This document shows positions 32,138 to 42,329 of a DNA stretch of 64,000 nt, one piece after another. The position numbers were made by a program, and so were the translations under genes. The notes below the pieces were generated by a model. That model was given only the letters and a program-made list of their open reading frames with translations. It searched no databases and was not told the DNA's origin. Numbering within the stretch: position 1 is the first letter of the stretch; every line of letters begins with the position of its first letter. Source of the stretch: an uncultured Chloroflexia bacterium (GTDB lineage: Bacteria; Chloroflexota; Limnocylindria; Limnocylindrales; CSP1-4); assembly GCA_963748625.1 (NCBI GenBank), contig CAVVJT010000010.1, positions 928,001 through 992,000 of the forward strand, in the 5' to 3' direction.

Positions 32138-34313
32138 ATGGCCTTCCCCAACCTGTTCAGCCCGCTCCAGATGGGGTCCCTCACGCTCCCCAACCGGATC
32201 GTCCACGTGCCCACGGACATCAGCTCGTCCCATGCGGACGGCGAGGTGTCGGAGCGTGACCTCCACCACCACGGCAACATCGCCAAGGGCGGCACGGGCT
32301 TCGTGATCGTGGGCGCCACCACGCCCGATGCGTCGACCGGCCGGCCGACGGTGACCTGCCTCGTGGCCGACGGCGACAACTACGTGCCGGGCCTCGCCCG
32401 CCTGGCCGAGTCGATGCACCGCTACGGCGCCAAGTGCGCGGTCCAGCTGCAGCACCCGGGGCGCCAGTGCGCGATCCCCCGCTACAACACGCTGGGCGCC
32501 ACCGACCGCGTGCTCAAGCTGCCGTGGTCCGCGGGCCACGAGATCGTCTACGAGAACGCCGAGGAGAAGGGCAAGGAGATCCGCGAGGCCTCGATCTCCG
32601 AGATCCTGGAGCTCGTCGACCTGTTCTCCGAGGCCGCCTGGCGGGTCAAGCAGGCGGGCTTCGACGCCGTCGAACTGCATGCCGCGCACGGCTACCTGCT
32701 GTCCGAGTTCATGTCGCCGTACCTGAACATGCGCACGGACCGCTTCGGCGGCTCGTTCGAGAACCGGATGCGGTTCCCGCTCGCGGTGATCGACGCGATC
32801 AAGAAGAAGTGCGGCAAGGGCTACCCGATCCTCGTGCGTTACTCCTTCGAGGAGTGGTGCCCGGGCGGGCGCGACATGGAGGAGGGCCTCGAGACGGCGC
32901 GCGTCCTGGAGCGGGCCGGCGTCGCGGCGCTCGACCTCTCGCAGGGCATGCAGGAGTCACCCGGCGCCGGCTTCGACCCGATGCAGTACCCGCAGGGCTG
33001 GGCGACGTACGCCGCCGAGGCGACCAAGCGCGTGGTGAAGATCCCGGTCATCACCTCGCACTCCCTCCGGGACCCGGAGTACTGCGAGCAGATCCTCGCC
33101 GAGGGCAAGACGGACTTGGTGGGCCTGGCGCGCCAGCTCCTCGCGGACCCGTACTGGCCGGTCAAGGCGAAGTACGGGAAGGTCAAGTCCATCCGCAAGT
33201 GCATCTCGTGCCTGGGCGGCTGCTGGCAGGAGTCGCTGATGGCCAAGCACGAGATCGCGTGCTCCATCAACGCGGCGTGCGGCAACCCGGCCTACGACTC
33301 GATGGCGCGAACCGGGCGCCCGGTCAAGGTGGCCGTCGTCGGCGGCGGGCCGGCCGGCATGGAGGCGGCGCGCATCGCCACCGAGCGCGGGCATGCCGGT
33401 CACGCTCTTCGAGCGCGAGGCGGAGCTCGGCGGGGCCATGAAGTACGTCTGCATGGTCCCGGGCAAGGAGAAGATGCGCTGGTACCTGGACTGGATCCGG
33501 GACCAGCTGCTGGACCTGGCCGTCGACATCCGGCTCTCGTGCACGCCGTCCGTGGACGACCTGCGCGGCTTCGACGTCGTGCTCAACGCCACCGGCGCCC
33601 GCTCGTTCGTGCCGCCCGTCGCGGGCGACGCGTCGCGCGTGGTCCCCTTCGAGGAAACGATGGCCTGCCCGAAGGTGTCCTGCGAGTGCCACCCCGGCGC
33701 CCGCAAGATGCGCAAGCTGGGCCAGCGCGTCCTGCTCTGGGGCGACCACTACGCCGCGACCGACACCGCCGCCTGGCTGGCCGACATCGGGCGGGACGTG
33801 ACCATCGTCACCGAGAACCGCGAGTTCGCCGCCGAGACCGAGGTCATCCACCTCTACGTGCTGCGCAAGCGGTTCAACCAGGGCGACGCCGAGGTCCTGT
33901 CGTCGCGGCCGTACAAGTTCCCCGTGAAGGTCATCACGTCCACCACCGTCGCCGAGATCGGCGAGGGCGGGCGTGTCGTGCTCCAGGATGCGTCGTTCAA
34001 CCGCTCCGAGATCGAGGTGGACGACATCGTCACCTGCCACGTCCGCGCGGAGGGCTCGTTCTTCGAGGAGCTGCTGGCCGCCGGCATCAACGTGCTCAAC
34101 GTGGGCGACTCGGTCCGGCCGCGGAACCTGTACCACGCGGTCAAGGAGGGCTCGGCGTTCGGCATGGCCGTGGACGAGCACCTGCTGTTCAACCCCAACG
34201 GCGCGATCCTCGACGATCTCCCCCTCGACGTGCTGGCCCAGCTGACCCGCGACGACGGGCCGAGCTACACGGCCAAGCGGATGGAAGAGCTCATGGCGGC
34301 CGCCGCGCGGTAG
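32138..34313 (+). CDS. Old-yellow-enzyme family NADH:flavin oxidoreductase with 4Fe-4S and FAD domains; +1 frameshift at ~33397
   Basis: LFSPLQMG..LPNRI, VQLQHPG, ELHAAHGYLL, RTDRFGGSFENR, CISCLGGC..CSIN, VVGGGPAGMEAA, then VTLFE..LGG, ATGA, VGD in the next frame. Confidence 0.9.
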
Positions 34314-34356
34314 CCCCCGACACGGGGTGGCGGCCACGCCCCCTCCCCTTCCACGT

Positions 34357-34400
34357 ATCTCGCTTCTCCCGCTTCTCTCGCTTCTCCCGCCTCTCCCGCC
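34357..34400. repeat. 9-bp pyrimidine-rich microsatellite-like repeat (TCTCYCGCY)n
   Basis: tctcgcttctcccgcttctctcgcttctcccgcctctcccgcc. Confidence 0.7.
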
Positions 34401-34551
34401 GGGCACCGCACCCCCCCGATGCCCGGCCTCATGCCCGGGCCGCCGGTATCCCCCCACCGGCGGCCCGGGCCCTTGCTTGTCCGGGTCCAGAAGCGTGCGG
34501 CGGGAGGGTCGGTTTCAGCGGGCTTGACGGTTGCCGCCGCCTCCCGCTGGG

Positions 34552-34679
34552 CGGGCCTTGTGTGCGGAATCCGGTGCAGACGTGCCGCTGGGCGGGAGGA
34601 ACCCGCCGAATCGGGGCCGATCCGGACCTGGCCAGCCACTGGGCGGGAAGGGTGTGCGGAGTCCAGCACACAAGGCCCG
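34552..34679. mobile_element. Non-coding element with terminal inverted repeats (MITE/REP-like)
   Basis: CGGGCCTTGTGTGC (34552) and GCACACAAGGCCCG (ends 34679) form a perfect 14-bp IR, extendable with one indel. The element lies between convergent genes. Confidence 0.5.
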
Positions 34680-34750
34680 GTGGGCGGGCGGCGACGTCCA
34701 AGTGGCGAGGGGCGACGGACCGCCGAGCACCGCCGCGGCCCGGCGAGGAC

Positions 34751-35482
34751 CTACCGCTCCTCCACTTCGAAGCGGACGTCCAGGGCGTACCGGTCGCCCG
34801 GGTAGCGCGACTCGGTCGCCTCGATCGGGCGTCCCTGGGGGTCCGTGATCACGCGCCGCTCCACCAAGAGCGGCGTCCCGCCGCGCACGCCGAGGAGGCG
34901 CATGTCGTCGGGCCCGGCGGCCTCGGCGGAGATCGTCGCGTTGCCGCGTCGCAGGTTGAACCCCGCCCGCCCGAGCGCCGCGTGCAGCGAGCCCGCCTCC
35001 AGGTCCGCGGACATGACGACATCGGCCGTCCGCCGCACCAGCGTCGCCGTCTCCAGCGCAACCGGCTCGCCGTCCGCAAGCCGCAGGCGACGCACCACCA
35101 CCACAGGCTCCGTCACGCGCAGGCCCAGGAACGACGCCTCGGACGCGGACGCGGGCCGGATCTCGCGCCCCAGCAGCCGCGAGGAGGGCACCCGCCCCAG
35201 CCGCTCCATCTCGTGCGAGAAGGCCATCAGCCGGTCCGCGTGCCGGTGCGCCGGCGGCGCCACGGTGAACGTCCCCCGCCCCGGGATCCGCTCCACGAGG
35301 CCATCCTCGGCCAGGCGCTGCATCGCGTTCCGTGCCGTCATCCTTGACACGCCGAACTCCCGGCACAGCTCCTCGTCGGACGGCAGCCGCTCGCCCGGCG
35401 CCAGCCCCGCGACCCGGTCCCGCAGCGCCAGCTCGATCTGGCGGTACTGCGGCAGCCACGTGGTGCCGATGACGGCGTTCAC
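34751..35482 (-). CDS. GntR/HutC-family regulator with UTRA domain (NagR/DasR/FrlR-like)
   Basis: PGERLPSDEEL..FGVSRMTAR..GRGTF; RLRLADGEP; YPGDRY. Confidence 0.92.
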   Translation of the reverse strand: MNAVIGTTWLPQYRQIELALRDRVAGLAPGERLPSDEELCREFGVSRMTARNAMQRLAEDGLVERIPGRGTFTVAPPAHRHADRLMAFSHEMERLGRVPSSRLLGREIRPASASEASFLGLRVTEPVVVVRRLRLADGEPVALETATLVRRTADVVMSADLEAGSLHAALGRAGFNLRRGNATISAEAAGPDDMRLLGVRGGTPLLVERRVITDPQGRPIEATESRYPGDRYALDVRFEVEER

Positions 35483-35547
35483 GCGGTGCCCCCGGCGGTC
35501 AGCATCCGACGAGACCGGTCAGCATCGGAAGACTCCGGCGGTCAACA

Positions 35548-36591
35548 TCACACCAGCCCGGCGCGTTCCGCACCGTGGACGGCGGCGCCCATGGATCCCG
35601 CCCACGTCCCCAGCTCGGCCGCCACCAGTTCCACCTGTTCGGGTGCCGTGGTCTTCACGCGACGCGCGATCTCGGCGCGGATCGGCCCGAACACCAGTTC
35701 ACCCGCCTGCGCCACGCCGCCGCCCAGGACCACCTTGTCCGGCGAGATGACCGTGATCATGTTCGCGATGCCGATGCCCAGGTACCGGCCCCAGTCAGCC
35801 AGGCCCTGGAGCGCCCGCTCGTCGCCCGCCTGCGCGGCCCGGACCGCCTCCTCCGCGGTGGCCGTCCCGCACGACGCCGACAGCTGGTCCGCGCGGCAGT
35901 AGGCCTCCAGGCAGCCGCGGTTCCCGCAGCCGCACCACGGCCCGTCCGGATCGATCGTCTGGTGGCCGATCTCGCCCGCGGTCCCGTCGTGCCCCTGGTG
36001 GACGCGCCCGTCGATGGCCAGCACGCCCCCAACGCCCGTCCCAAGCGTGAGCCCGATCATCGACCGCGCTCCCCGCCCCGCGCCCAGCCGGAGCTCGGCC
36101 AGGCCGAAGGCCCGTGCGTCGTTGATGAGGAAGGCGGGCACGCCCACGGCGGCCGCCACGGGCGGTGCGACGGGATGTCCCAGCCACGGTCCCGGCACGT
36201 TGACAAGGAACCGGATTGCGCCGGTCTCGGGGTCGTAGAGACCGGGCACGCCGATGCCGACGCTGCCGACGGGGCCGCAGCGCCCAATGGCCGCCTGCGC
36301 GACCTCGGCCAGCTGGGCCGTGACGACCGTCGGCACCTCCGCAGCAGGAACATCCAGCCGGGTGGGCACGCTGTCGCGATCCACCATCGACCAGGTGCCG
36401 GCATCGTGCTCCACGACGGCCCACTTGAGGTTCGTGCCCCCGAGGTCCAGCCCCAGGTGGCGGGTGGGCCGGCCCCCCCCGCTGCCGCCGTCGCCCGCCC
36501 CGGTGCCGCCGTCGCCCGCCCCGGTGCCGCCGTCGGCTTGACCCTCGACCATCCCGGTGCCACCGTCGCCCACGCCGCCGTCGTCCCCCAC
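35548..36591 (-). CDS. ROK-family sugar kinase with Gly-rich N-terminal repeat extension
   Basis: GLDLGGTN, GIGVPG, NDARA, TLGTGVGG, GEIGH, CGCGNRGCLE; no HTH. The N-terminal GDGGTGA repeats come from 21-bp units. Confidence 0.9.
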   Translation of the reverse strand: MGDDGGVGDGGTGMVEGQADGGTGAGDGGTGAGDGGSGGGRPTRHLGLDLGGTNLKWAVVEHDAGTWSMVDRDSVPTRLDVPAAEVPTVVTAQLAEVAQAAIGRCGPVGSVGIGVPGLYDPETGAIRFLVNVPGPWLGHPVAPPVAAAVGVPAFLINDARAFGLAELRLGAGRGARSMIGLTLGTGVGGVLAIDGRVHQGHDGTAGEIGHQTIDPDGPWCGCGNRGCLEAYCRADQLSASCGTATAEEAVRAAQAGDERALQGLADWGRYLGIGIANMITVISPDKVVLGGGVAQAGELVFGPIRAEIARRVKTTAPEQVELVAAELGTWAGSMGAAVHGAERAGLV

Positions 36592-36592
36592 G

Positions 36593-37591
36593 TCAGCCTT
36601 CGGCGGTGACGCGGGTGTAGGCCGCTGCCACGATCACGATGATCGAGCCGAAGAAGATCTGGCGGACCGGCTCCGGGAACCCGAGCACGGTCAGCAGTGA
36701 CGAGAGCACCGTGAGGATCAGCGCGCCCACGATCGTACCGGCGAACCCGCCGCGGCCGCCCATGATCGACGTCCCGCCGATGACCGCCGCGGCGACCGAG
36801 GGCAGCACGTCCCTGTCGGCCAGGTTCACGTTGGCCACGTTGGTCAGGCCCGAGATCATGAACCCGGCGATCCCGGCCAGCAGGGCCGAGATCACGTACA
36901 GCACCACGATCACCTGCCACGAGCGCGCGCCCGCGAGCCGGGACGCGATCGGGTTGTCGCCGATGGCGTACAGCTGGCGTCCGTAGCCGGTCCGCTTGAG
37001 CATGAAGAAGATCAGGATCGCCAGCGGGATCCAGATGATGAGGCTGTAGGGCAGGACCTCGAACAGCGTCTCCGAGCCGATCGTGCGGAACAGCGGCGGC
37101 ACGCCGGCCCCCGTCTTGACGAAGATCCGCTGCCAGACGTTGGCGAAGCCCAGGATGATCAGGCTCATGCCCAGGGTCATGATCAGCGGATGGACCCGGA
37201 ACACGCCGATGCCGATGCCGGTGATGACGCCCGCGAGGGCCGCCGCCGCCAGGGCGATGAGCATGGCCGGGATCAGGCCCTGCGAGCCCACGAGCGTCGC
37301 CACCATGAACCCGGTCAGCGAGGCGACCGCACCCACGGACAGGTCGATGCCGCCGGTGAGGAACGTGATCGTCTGGCAGGCACCCAGGATCGACAGCGGG
37401 ATGGCGGCCCGGATGATCACCCCCATCCAGTTGGCCGTAATGGTCTCCGGCCGGACGAGGAAGATGACGAGGACCAGGAGCCCCAGCAGGCCGAACAGGG
37501 GGATGATCGGCCGGTCACGCAGCAGGCCGCGCAGGCCGGTGGAACGCATCCCGGCATGGACCTCGGGCGCGGGGAGGGGTGCGGCGGTCAT
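36593..37591 (-). CDS. Sugar ABC transporter permease (RbsC type)
   Basis: TGGIDLSVG, YAIGDN, AAAVIGGTSIMGGRG. ATGA overlap with the upstream permease. Confidence 0.92.
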   Translation of the reverse strand: MTAAPLPAPEVHAGMRSTGLRGLLRDRPIIPLFGLLGLLVLVIFLVRPETITANWMGVIIRAAIPLSILGACQTITFLTGGIDLSVGAVASLTGFMVATLVGSQGLIPAMLIALAAAALAGVITGIGIGVFRVHPLIMTLGMSLIILGFANVWQRIFVKTGAGVPPLFRTIGSETLFEVLPYSLIIWIPLAILIFFMLKRTGYGRQLYAIGDNPIASRLAGARSWQVIVVLYVISALLAGIAGFMISGLTNVANVNLADRDVLPSVAAAVIGGTSIMGGRGGFAGTIVGALILTVLSSLLTVLGFPEPVRQIFFGSIIVIVAAAYTRVTAEG

Positions 37592-38604
37592 GCGCGGGAC
37601 CTCCGGATCTCGACGAACGAGCCGATCATGACCACCCCGATGAGGATGACGCCCTGGAGCACGGTGGCGAGGTTGGAGTCGAGCTTGAGGAACGTCATGT
37701 CGGTCCGGATCATCTGGAGGACCATGACGCCCACGATCGGGCCGAAGACACCGCCGCGGCCGCCGGCGAGGCTGACCCCGCCCAGGACGATCGCAGCCAC
37801 GCTCATCAGCGTGTACGGACCGGGCACCGGGGTGCCGATGCCTGTGGTGGCGGTGAGCGAGAGCCCGCCCAGCGCCGCGAACAGGCCCATGAGCATGTAG
37901 GCCGCGACCCGCGTGGGGCCGACACGCACGCCGGAGCGGAAGGCTGCCACCCGGTGGCTGCCGATCGCGTAGATGGACAGGCCCAGGCGGCTGCGGCTGA
38001 TCGGCAGCCAGATCACGGCGACCACGACCACCAGCACGACCGCGGCCTTGGGGATCCACTCGTTGAGCAGTGGACCGGCGACGAGGTCCTTGAGCCAGTC
38101 CGCGGAGGCACCACCTGGACGCTGGAGCACGAGCAGCGCCGCACCCGCCCAGACGAAGGACATCGCCAGGGTGACCACGATGTCGGGCACCCGGGTGATC
38201 ACCACGACCGCGCCGTTGACCAGACCGATGAGCATGCCCAGCACGAGCACGCCCAGCACGATGGCGATCGACAGGCCTTCCGCGGAGTCAGGCGAACCGT
38301 CGATCGCCTGCTTCATGAGCGAAGCCGAGACGACGCTGGTGAGGGCCATGACCGAGCCGATCGAGAGGTCGATGCCGCCGGAGATGACCACGATGGCCTG
38401 GCCGACGGCAGCGAGCGCGAGCGGCAGGACGGCGATCCCCAGGTTCTGGATGCCGGTCGCGCCGTAGGTGGGGTTGATGAGCTTGGTGAAGACCAGCAGG
38501 ACGCCGAGGAAACCCAGCAGCCCGATCGTCCAGGCGTTGTTGCGCAGGAGCGTCGCGAGCGGGTTGGCCCGCGGCACGACGACGACGGGGACGGCGGCGG
38601 TCAT
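37588..38604 (-). CDS. Sugar ABC transporter permease (RbsC type)
   Basis: SGGIDLSIG, IYAIGS, AAIVLGGVSLAGGRG. Confidence 0.92.
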   Translation of the reverse strand: MTAAVPVVVVPRANPLATLLRNNAWTIGLLGFLGVLLVFTKLINPTYGATGIQNLGIAVLPLALAAVGQAIVVISGGIDLSIGSVMALTSVVSASLMKQAIDGSPDSAEGLSIAIVLGVLVLGMLIGLVNGAVVVITRVPDIVVTLAMSFVWAGAALLVLQRPGGASADWLKDLVAGPLLNEWIPKAAVVLVVVVAVIWLPISRSRLGLSIYAIGSHRVAAFRSGVRVGPTRVAAYMLMGLFAALGGLSLTATTGIGTPVPGPYTLMSVAAIVLGGVSLAGGRGGVFGPIVGVMVLQMIRTDMTFLKLDSNLATVLQGVILIGVVMIGSFVEIRRSRA

Positions 38605-40172
38605 CGGTCACCCTCCGGCTGGACGGGCGCTGCAGGGTCGGCCGGCGGGTGTGGTGCGTCCGCGGCCGCCAGCTCGGGTATCACCGCGTCGGACTTCAGG
38701 TTGTAGGCGGCACGCAGCAGCGTGGGCTCGTCGGCCTCGGCGACCGGGATCTCGGCCACCAGGTGCCCGTTGAAGATCACGATCGCCCGGTCGCAGGCGA
38801 GCTGGATCTCCTTGAGCTCCGAGGTGTAGAGCAGGACCGCCGCCCCGGCCTCCGCGAGGTCGCGGAGCAGGACGTAGATCTGCTGCTTGGTCCGGATGTC
38901 GATGCCACGCGTGGGGTCGAAGCAGAGCATGGTCGTCACGCCACCCGCGACCCAGCGGGCGATCGTGACCTTCTGCTGGTTGCCGCCGGACAGGCGGCGG
39001 ACCTCGCCCTGGGCGCGGGTGTCGATCTGGAGCGTCTCGATCGCCCCGTCCACCAGCTTCTTCTCGCGGCCGCGGCGGATCGGGCCCCAGGCGCCCAGGC
39101 GCGTGGTGAACGGGAGCGCGATGTTGTCCCGCACCGACTGCTGCATCAGGAGCGCCTCGGCGCGGTCGGCGGGCACGTAGACCAGGCCCGCGCGGATCGC
39201 GTCGGCCGGGTGGTGGAACGTGACCGGCTTCCCGTCGATCTCGAGGGTGCCGCCCTTGGCCCGCGAGGATCCCGACAGGATGTCGAACAGCTCGTCCTGG
39301 CCCTGGCCCTCCAGCGCGACCACGCCCAGGACCTCGCCCGGGTACAGGTCGAACGACACGTCCTGGAGCTTGGCGCCGAGCGCGAGGTTGCGGGCGGCGA
39401 CGCGCGGGGCGGCGCCCGACGCGCGCACGGCGGCCGCGCGGTCCACGACCGTCTCCATGTCCTTGACCACCTGGCCGAGCATCAGCTCGACGATGCGTTC
39501 CTCGGAGCCCGCGGTGACGTCCACGACGCCCACCGTCTCGCCCTCGCGCAGGACCGTCGCGCGGTCACAGACGGCGGCGATCTCGATCAGGCGGTGGGAG
39601 ATGAAGATGACGGAGCGGTCCGTGCCTCGCGTGCGTCCCACCACCTCGAGCACCCGCTCGGTGAGGTTGGCGGGGAGGGCGGCCGTCATCTCGTCGAGCA
39701 TGAGGATGTCCGGCTCGATCGCGAGGCCGCGCGCAAGGTCGATGATGCGCAGCGTGGCCAGCGGCAGCCGTCGGGCCAGCGTCATCATGTCCAGCCCCTC
39801 GAGGCCCAGCTCCGCAAGCCAGTGGCGGAACGGCTCGACCGGGGTCTCGGTGAGACGCAGGTTGGAGCGGATGTCCAGGTCCGGGATCAGCGCCGGCTCC
39901 TGGTACACGGACACGAGGCCGCCGCGGCGCGCCTCGCCCGGGCTGTGCACAACACGCGGCCGGCCGCGCACGGCAAGCGACCCGCTGTCGGGGTGGATGT
40001 TGCCGGTGAGGATCTTGACGAACGTGCTCTTGCCCGCGCCGTTGGCGCCCATCAGGGCATGCACCTCGCCGGGACGGACCGCGAGGGACGCGTTCTTGAG
40101 CGCGACGACCGCACCGAAGGCCTTCGAGATGCCGGTCGCCTCGAGGAGCAGGTCCGTGGTCGTCGCGGTCAT
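38601..40172 (-). CDS. Sugar ABC transporter ATP-binding protein (RbsA type, double NBD)
   Basis: GANGAGKST, FISHRL, LSGGNQQK, FDPTRGID. Confidence 0.94.
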   Translation of the reverse strand: MTATTTDLLLEATGISKAFGAVVALKNASLAVRPGEVHALMGANGAGKSTFVKILTGNIHPDSGSLAVRGRPRVVHSPGEARRGGLVSVYQEPALIPDLDIRSNLRLTETPVEPFRHWLAELGLEGLDMMTLARRLPLATLRIIDLARGLAIEPDILMLDEMTAALPANLTERVLEVVGRTRGTDRSVIFISHRLIEIAAVCDRATVLREGETVGVVDVTAGSEERIVELMLGQVVKDMETVVDRAAAVRASGAAPRVAARNLALGAKLQDVSFDLYPGEVLGVVALEGQGQDELFDILSGSSRAKGGTLEIDGKPVTFHHPADAIRAGLVYVPADRAEALLMQQSVRDNIALPFTTRLGAWGPIRRGREKKLVDGAIETLQIDTRAQGEVRRLSGGNQQKVTIARWVAGGVTTMLCFDPTRGIDIRTKQQIYVLLRDLAEAGAAVLLYTSELKEIQLACDRAIVIFNGHLVAEIPVAEADEPTLLRAAYNLKSDAVIPELAAADAPHPPADPAAPVQPEGDR

Positions 40173-40197
40173 GGGGCCTCGAACTGGATGGGGATGT

Positions 40198-40229
40198 GGT
40201 GAGGGTGCCGGAGAACCGGCACCCTCACC
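40198..40229 (-). terminator. 14-bp perfect hairpin downstream of the solute-binding protein gene (terminator or mRNA stabiliser)
   Basis: GGTGAGGGTGCCGG-AGAA-CCGGCACCCTCACC. Confidence 0.7.
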
Positions 40230-40250
40230 GTGGTCAGAACCTGGGGAGGT

Positions 40251-41441
40251 CTACTCGCCCGGGCCCTTGCAGGCGATGGCCTGCTCCGGGGTGTAGGTCG
40301 TCCAGCCGTCGATCAGCAGGCCGAGGGGCCAGTTCGGATCGAGGCCGTCGACCTGCCAGGAGGCAAGCAGGGCCTTGCCCTCGTCGGACGCGTTGTCCGC
40401 GACGACCGGGACCAGGAGGACGGTGTTCGGCTTCTCGGCGGTGGGATCGGTGTCGACCGTCTCACCGTCGAGGAGCTTGAGGGCGAGGTTGACGCCCGCG
40501 CCGCCGACGGCCGCGGTGTTGGTCACCGCCGCGCCCTTGAGGCCCGGGTAGTCAGTCTCGTTGAGGAGCTGGCCGACGAACGCGCCGAGGTCGGCGCCGA
40601 CGATCGGCACGAAGTCCTTCTTGGCGGCCTTGATCGCGTCAACGATCTGGCTGTCGATGCCGGAGGTCCAGATGCCGCCGATGTCGTCATACCCGCCGGA
40701 GGCGATGAAGTCGTTGATCAGCTGCGTGCCCACGGCCGGATCCCAACCGGTGGCGACGCCGTCGGCGTTCGGGAGAACCTCGATGCCGGGGAACTCGGCG
40801 AGTGCCTTCTGGAAGCCGATGTGGCGGTCGTTGTCGGCCGGGTGGCCTGCGAGACCGCGCATGTAGTAGACCTTGCCAGCGCCGCCCATCTGCTCGAACA
40901 GCCACTTGGCGCCGAGGTAGGCGTAGTTGACCTGGTTGTTGTACAGGTTGTACGCGCTGTCGTTGTTGACGTACGCGTCGACGGAGACGACCGGGATCCC
41001 GGCGGCCTTCGCCTCGTCGATGGCCGGATTGAGGGCGTCGGCGTCATTGGGGTTGACGACGATCGCGTTCACGCCGGCGGCGATGAGGTCGCGCATGTCC
41101 TGGAGCTGGCCGGCCGCATCGGTGTTCCGGCTGATGAGGTTCAGCTCGGACACCTGGCCGGAGGCGAGCGCCTCGGCCTTGGCGGTGCACATCTGCTCCT
41201 CGCGGAAGCCGTTGCCGACGCCGCCGCCGTTGCTGTAGCCGATCTTCCAGGTCGTGGCTGCCGGCTCCTCGGTCGGGGCCTCGGTCGCGGCCGGAGCCTC
41301 GGTCGCTGCCGGGGCCTCGGTCGCTGCCGGAGCCTCGGTCGCTGCCGGGGCCGTGGTGGCCGCGGTGCCGCCGCACGCGGCGACGATGATCGCCATCGCG
41401 CTGATGGCGAGGGCGGCGCGAGCCTTACCCATCTTCTTCAT
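40251..41441 (-). CDS. Sugar ABC transporter solute-binding lipoprotein
   Basis: Lipobox IVAAC, (PAATEA)n linker from 18-bp repeats, IGYSN..GNGFR, GVNAIVVNP, GIPVVSVD. AGGAGGAG RBS. Confidence 0.92.
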   Translation of the reverse strand: MKKMGKARAALAISAMAIIVAACGGTAATTAPAATEAPAATEAPAATEAPAATEAPTEEPAATTWKIGYSNGGGVGNGFREEQMCTAKAEALASGQVSELNLISRNTDAAGQLQDMRDLIAAGVNAIVVNPNDADALNPAIDEAKAAGIPVVSVDAYVNNDSAYNLYNNQVNYAYLGAKWLFEQMGGAGKVYYMRGLAGHPADNDRHIGFQKALAEFPGIEVLPNADGVATGWDPAVGTQLINDFIASGGYDDIGGIWTSGIDSQIVDAIKAAKKDFVPIVGADLGAFVGQLLNETDYPGLKGAAVTNTAAVGGAGVNLALKLLDGETVDTDPTAEKPNTVLLVPVVADNASDEGKALLASWQVDGLDPNWPLGLLIDGWTTYTPEQAIACKGPGE

Positions 41442-41531
41442 GAACTGTCTCCTCCTGGTGGCGGCCGGGGGCTCCGACGTGGAGCAAGGTCCGCCAACGA
41501 TCACCCATCGAGCTGCTCGGTCTCTCCGGCG

Positions 41532-42329
41532 TCACCCACCTCCTGTCTGGTCGATCGCACGGGCGAGACGCCGCGCATGCTCTCGATAGGCTGCATCGAA
41601 CAGCTCCCGGGACCGCTCGGCGCCCACCGCGCTCGCGCGCGTGATCACCGGTGGCATGGCCCCGCGCTCCACGAGGAGCTCGGCGGTCCGGGACTTGATG
41701 GCGTTGACAATGGCGACCGCGCCCACGGTGGACAGCGGGCCGACGGGACTGTCCAACCCGACCAGTGAGACCGTGGCGTCATGGACCGGGGAGCACAGGT
41801 CCAGCACCAGGTCAGCCTCCTCCAGCAGGCGCCGCCCGGCGGCGGGCTCAGGCTCGGCAGAGAGGGACTGGGCGACGGACGTGACGGCGATGACCTTCAG
41901 ACCGCGGACCTTCGCGCCACGGGCCATCTCGACGGGCACCGCGGTGAGGCCCCCGGCTGAGAATACGATCATCACGTCGTTCGCGCCGAACCTGAAGTTG
42001 CCCAGGATCACCTCGGCGAGGCCCGGCATCCGCTCGATGAACATCGCCTGGCGCTGGCCGTTGGCACCCACCACCTGGGTGTGGAACGTCATCGACAGCT
42101 CGGCGATGGGATTGAAGCCCGGGTAGGAGCCGTACCGCGGGAACATCTCCTCCACGGGGATCCGGGAGTGCCCCGTGCCGAAGAGGTGGACGAGGCCGTC
42201 GGTGGCGATCGCCTCGGCGCACCACTGGCTCGCCGTCTCGATGCCTGAGGCCTGGGTCTCCGCAACGCGCGCCAGCACGGCCGCCGCATCGGCGAGCCAC
42301 CTGGCGGCCGCGTTCGGAGCGGTCATCAT
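41532..42329 (-). CDS. SIS-domain protein (sugar isomerase)
   Basis: HLFGTGHS, DVMIVFSAGG, VIAVTS, GPLST. Confidence 0.88.
   Translation of the reverse strand: MMTAPNAAARWLADAAAVLARVAETQASGIETASQWCAEAIATDGLVHLFGTGHSRIPVEEMFPRYGSYPGFNPIAELSMTFHTQVVGANGQRQAMFIERMPGLAEVILGNFRFGANDVMIVFSAGGLTAVPVEMARGAKVRGLKVIAVTSVAQSLSAEPEPAAGRRLLEEADLVLDLCSPVHDATVSLVGLDSPVGPLSTVGAVAIVNAIKSRTAELLVERGAMPPVITRASAVGAERSRELFDAAYREHARRLARAIDQTGGG

Noticed and set aside
31745-35347. 1200-aa ORF and other long ORF-track entries (1167-3248, 13534-15669, 28752-31037, 43420-45261, 50816-52615)
   Set aside because: These are frameshift read-throughs or shadow/antisense frames typical of high-GC DNA, Arg/Pro/Gly-rich and without motifs.
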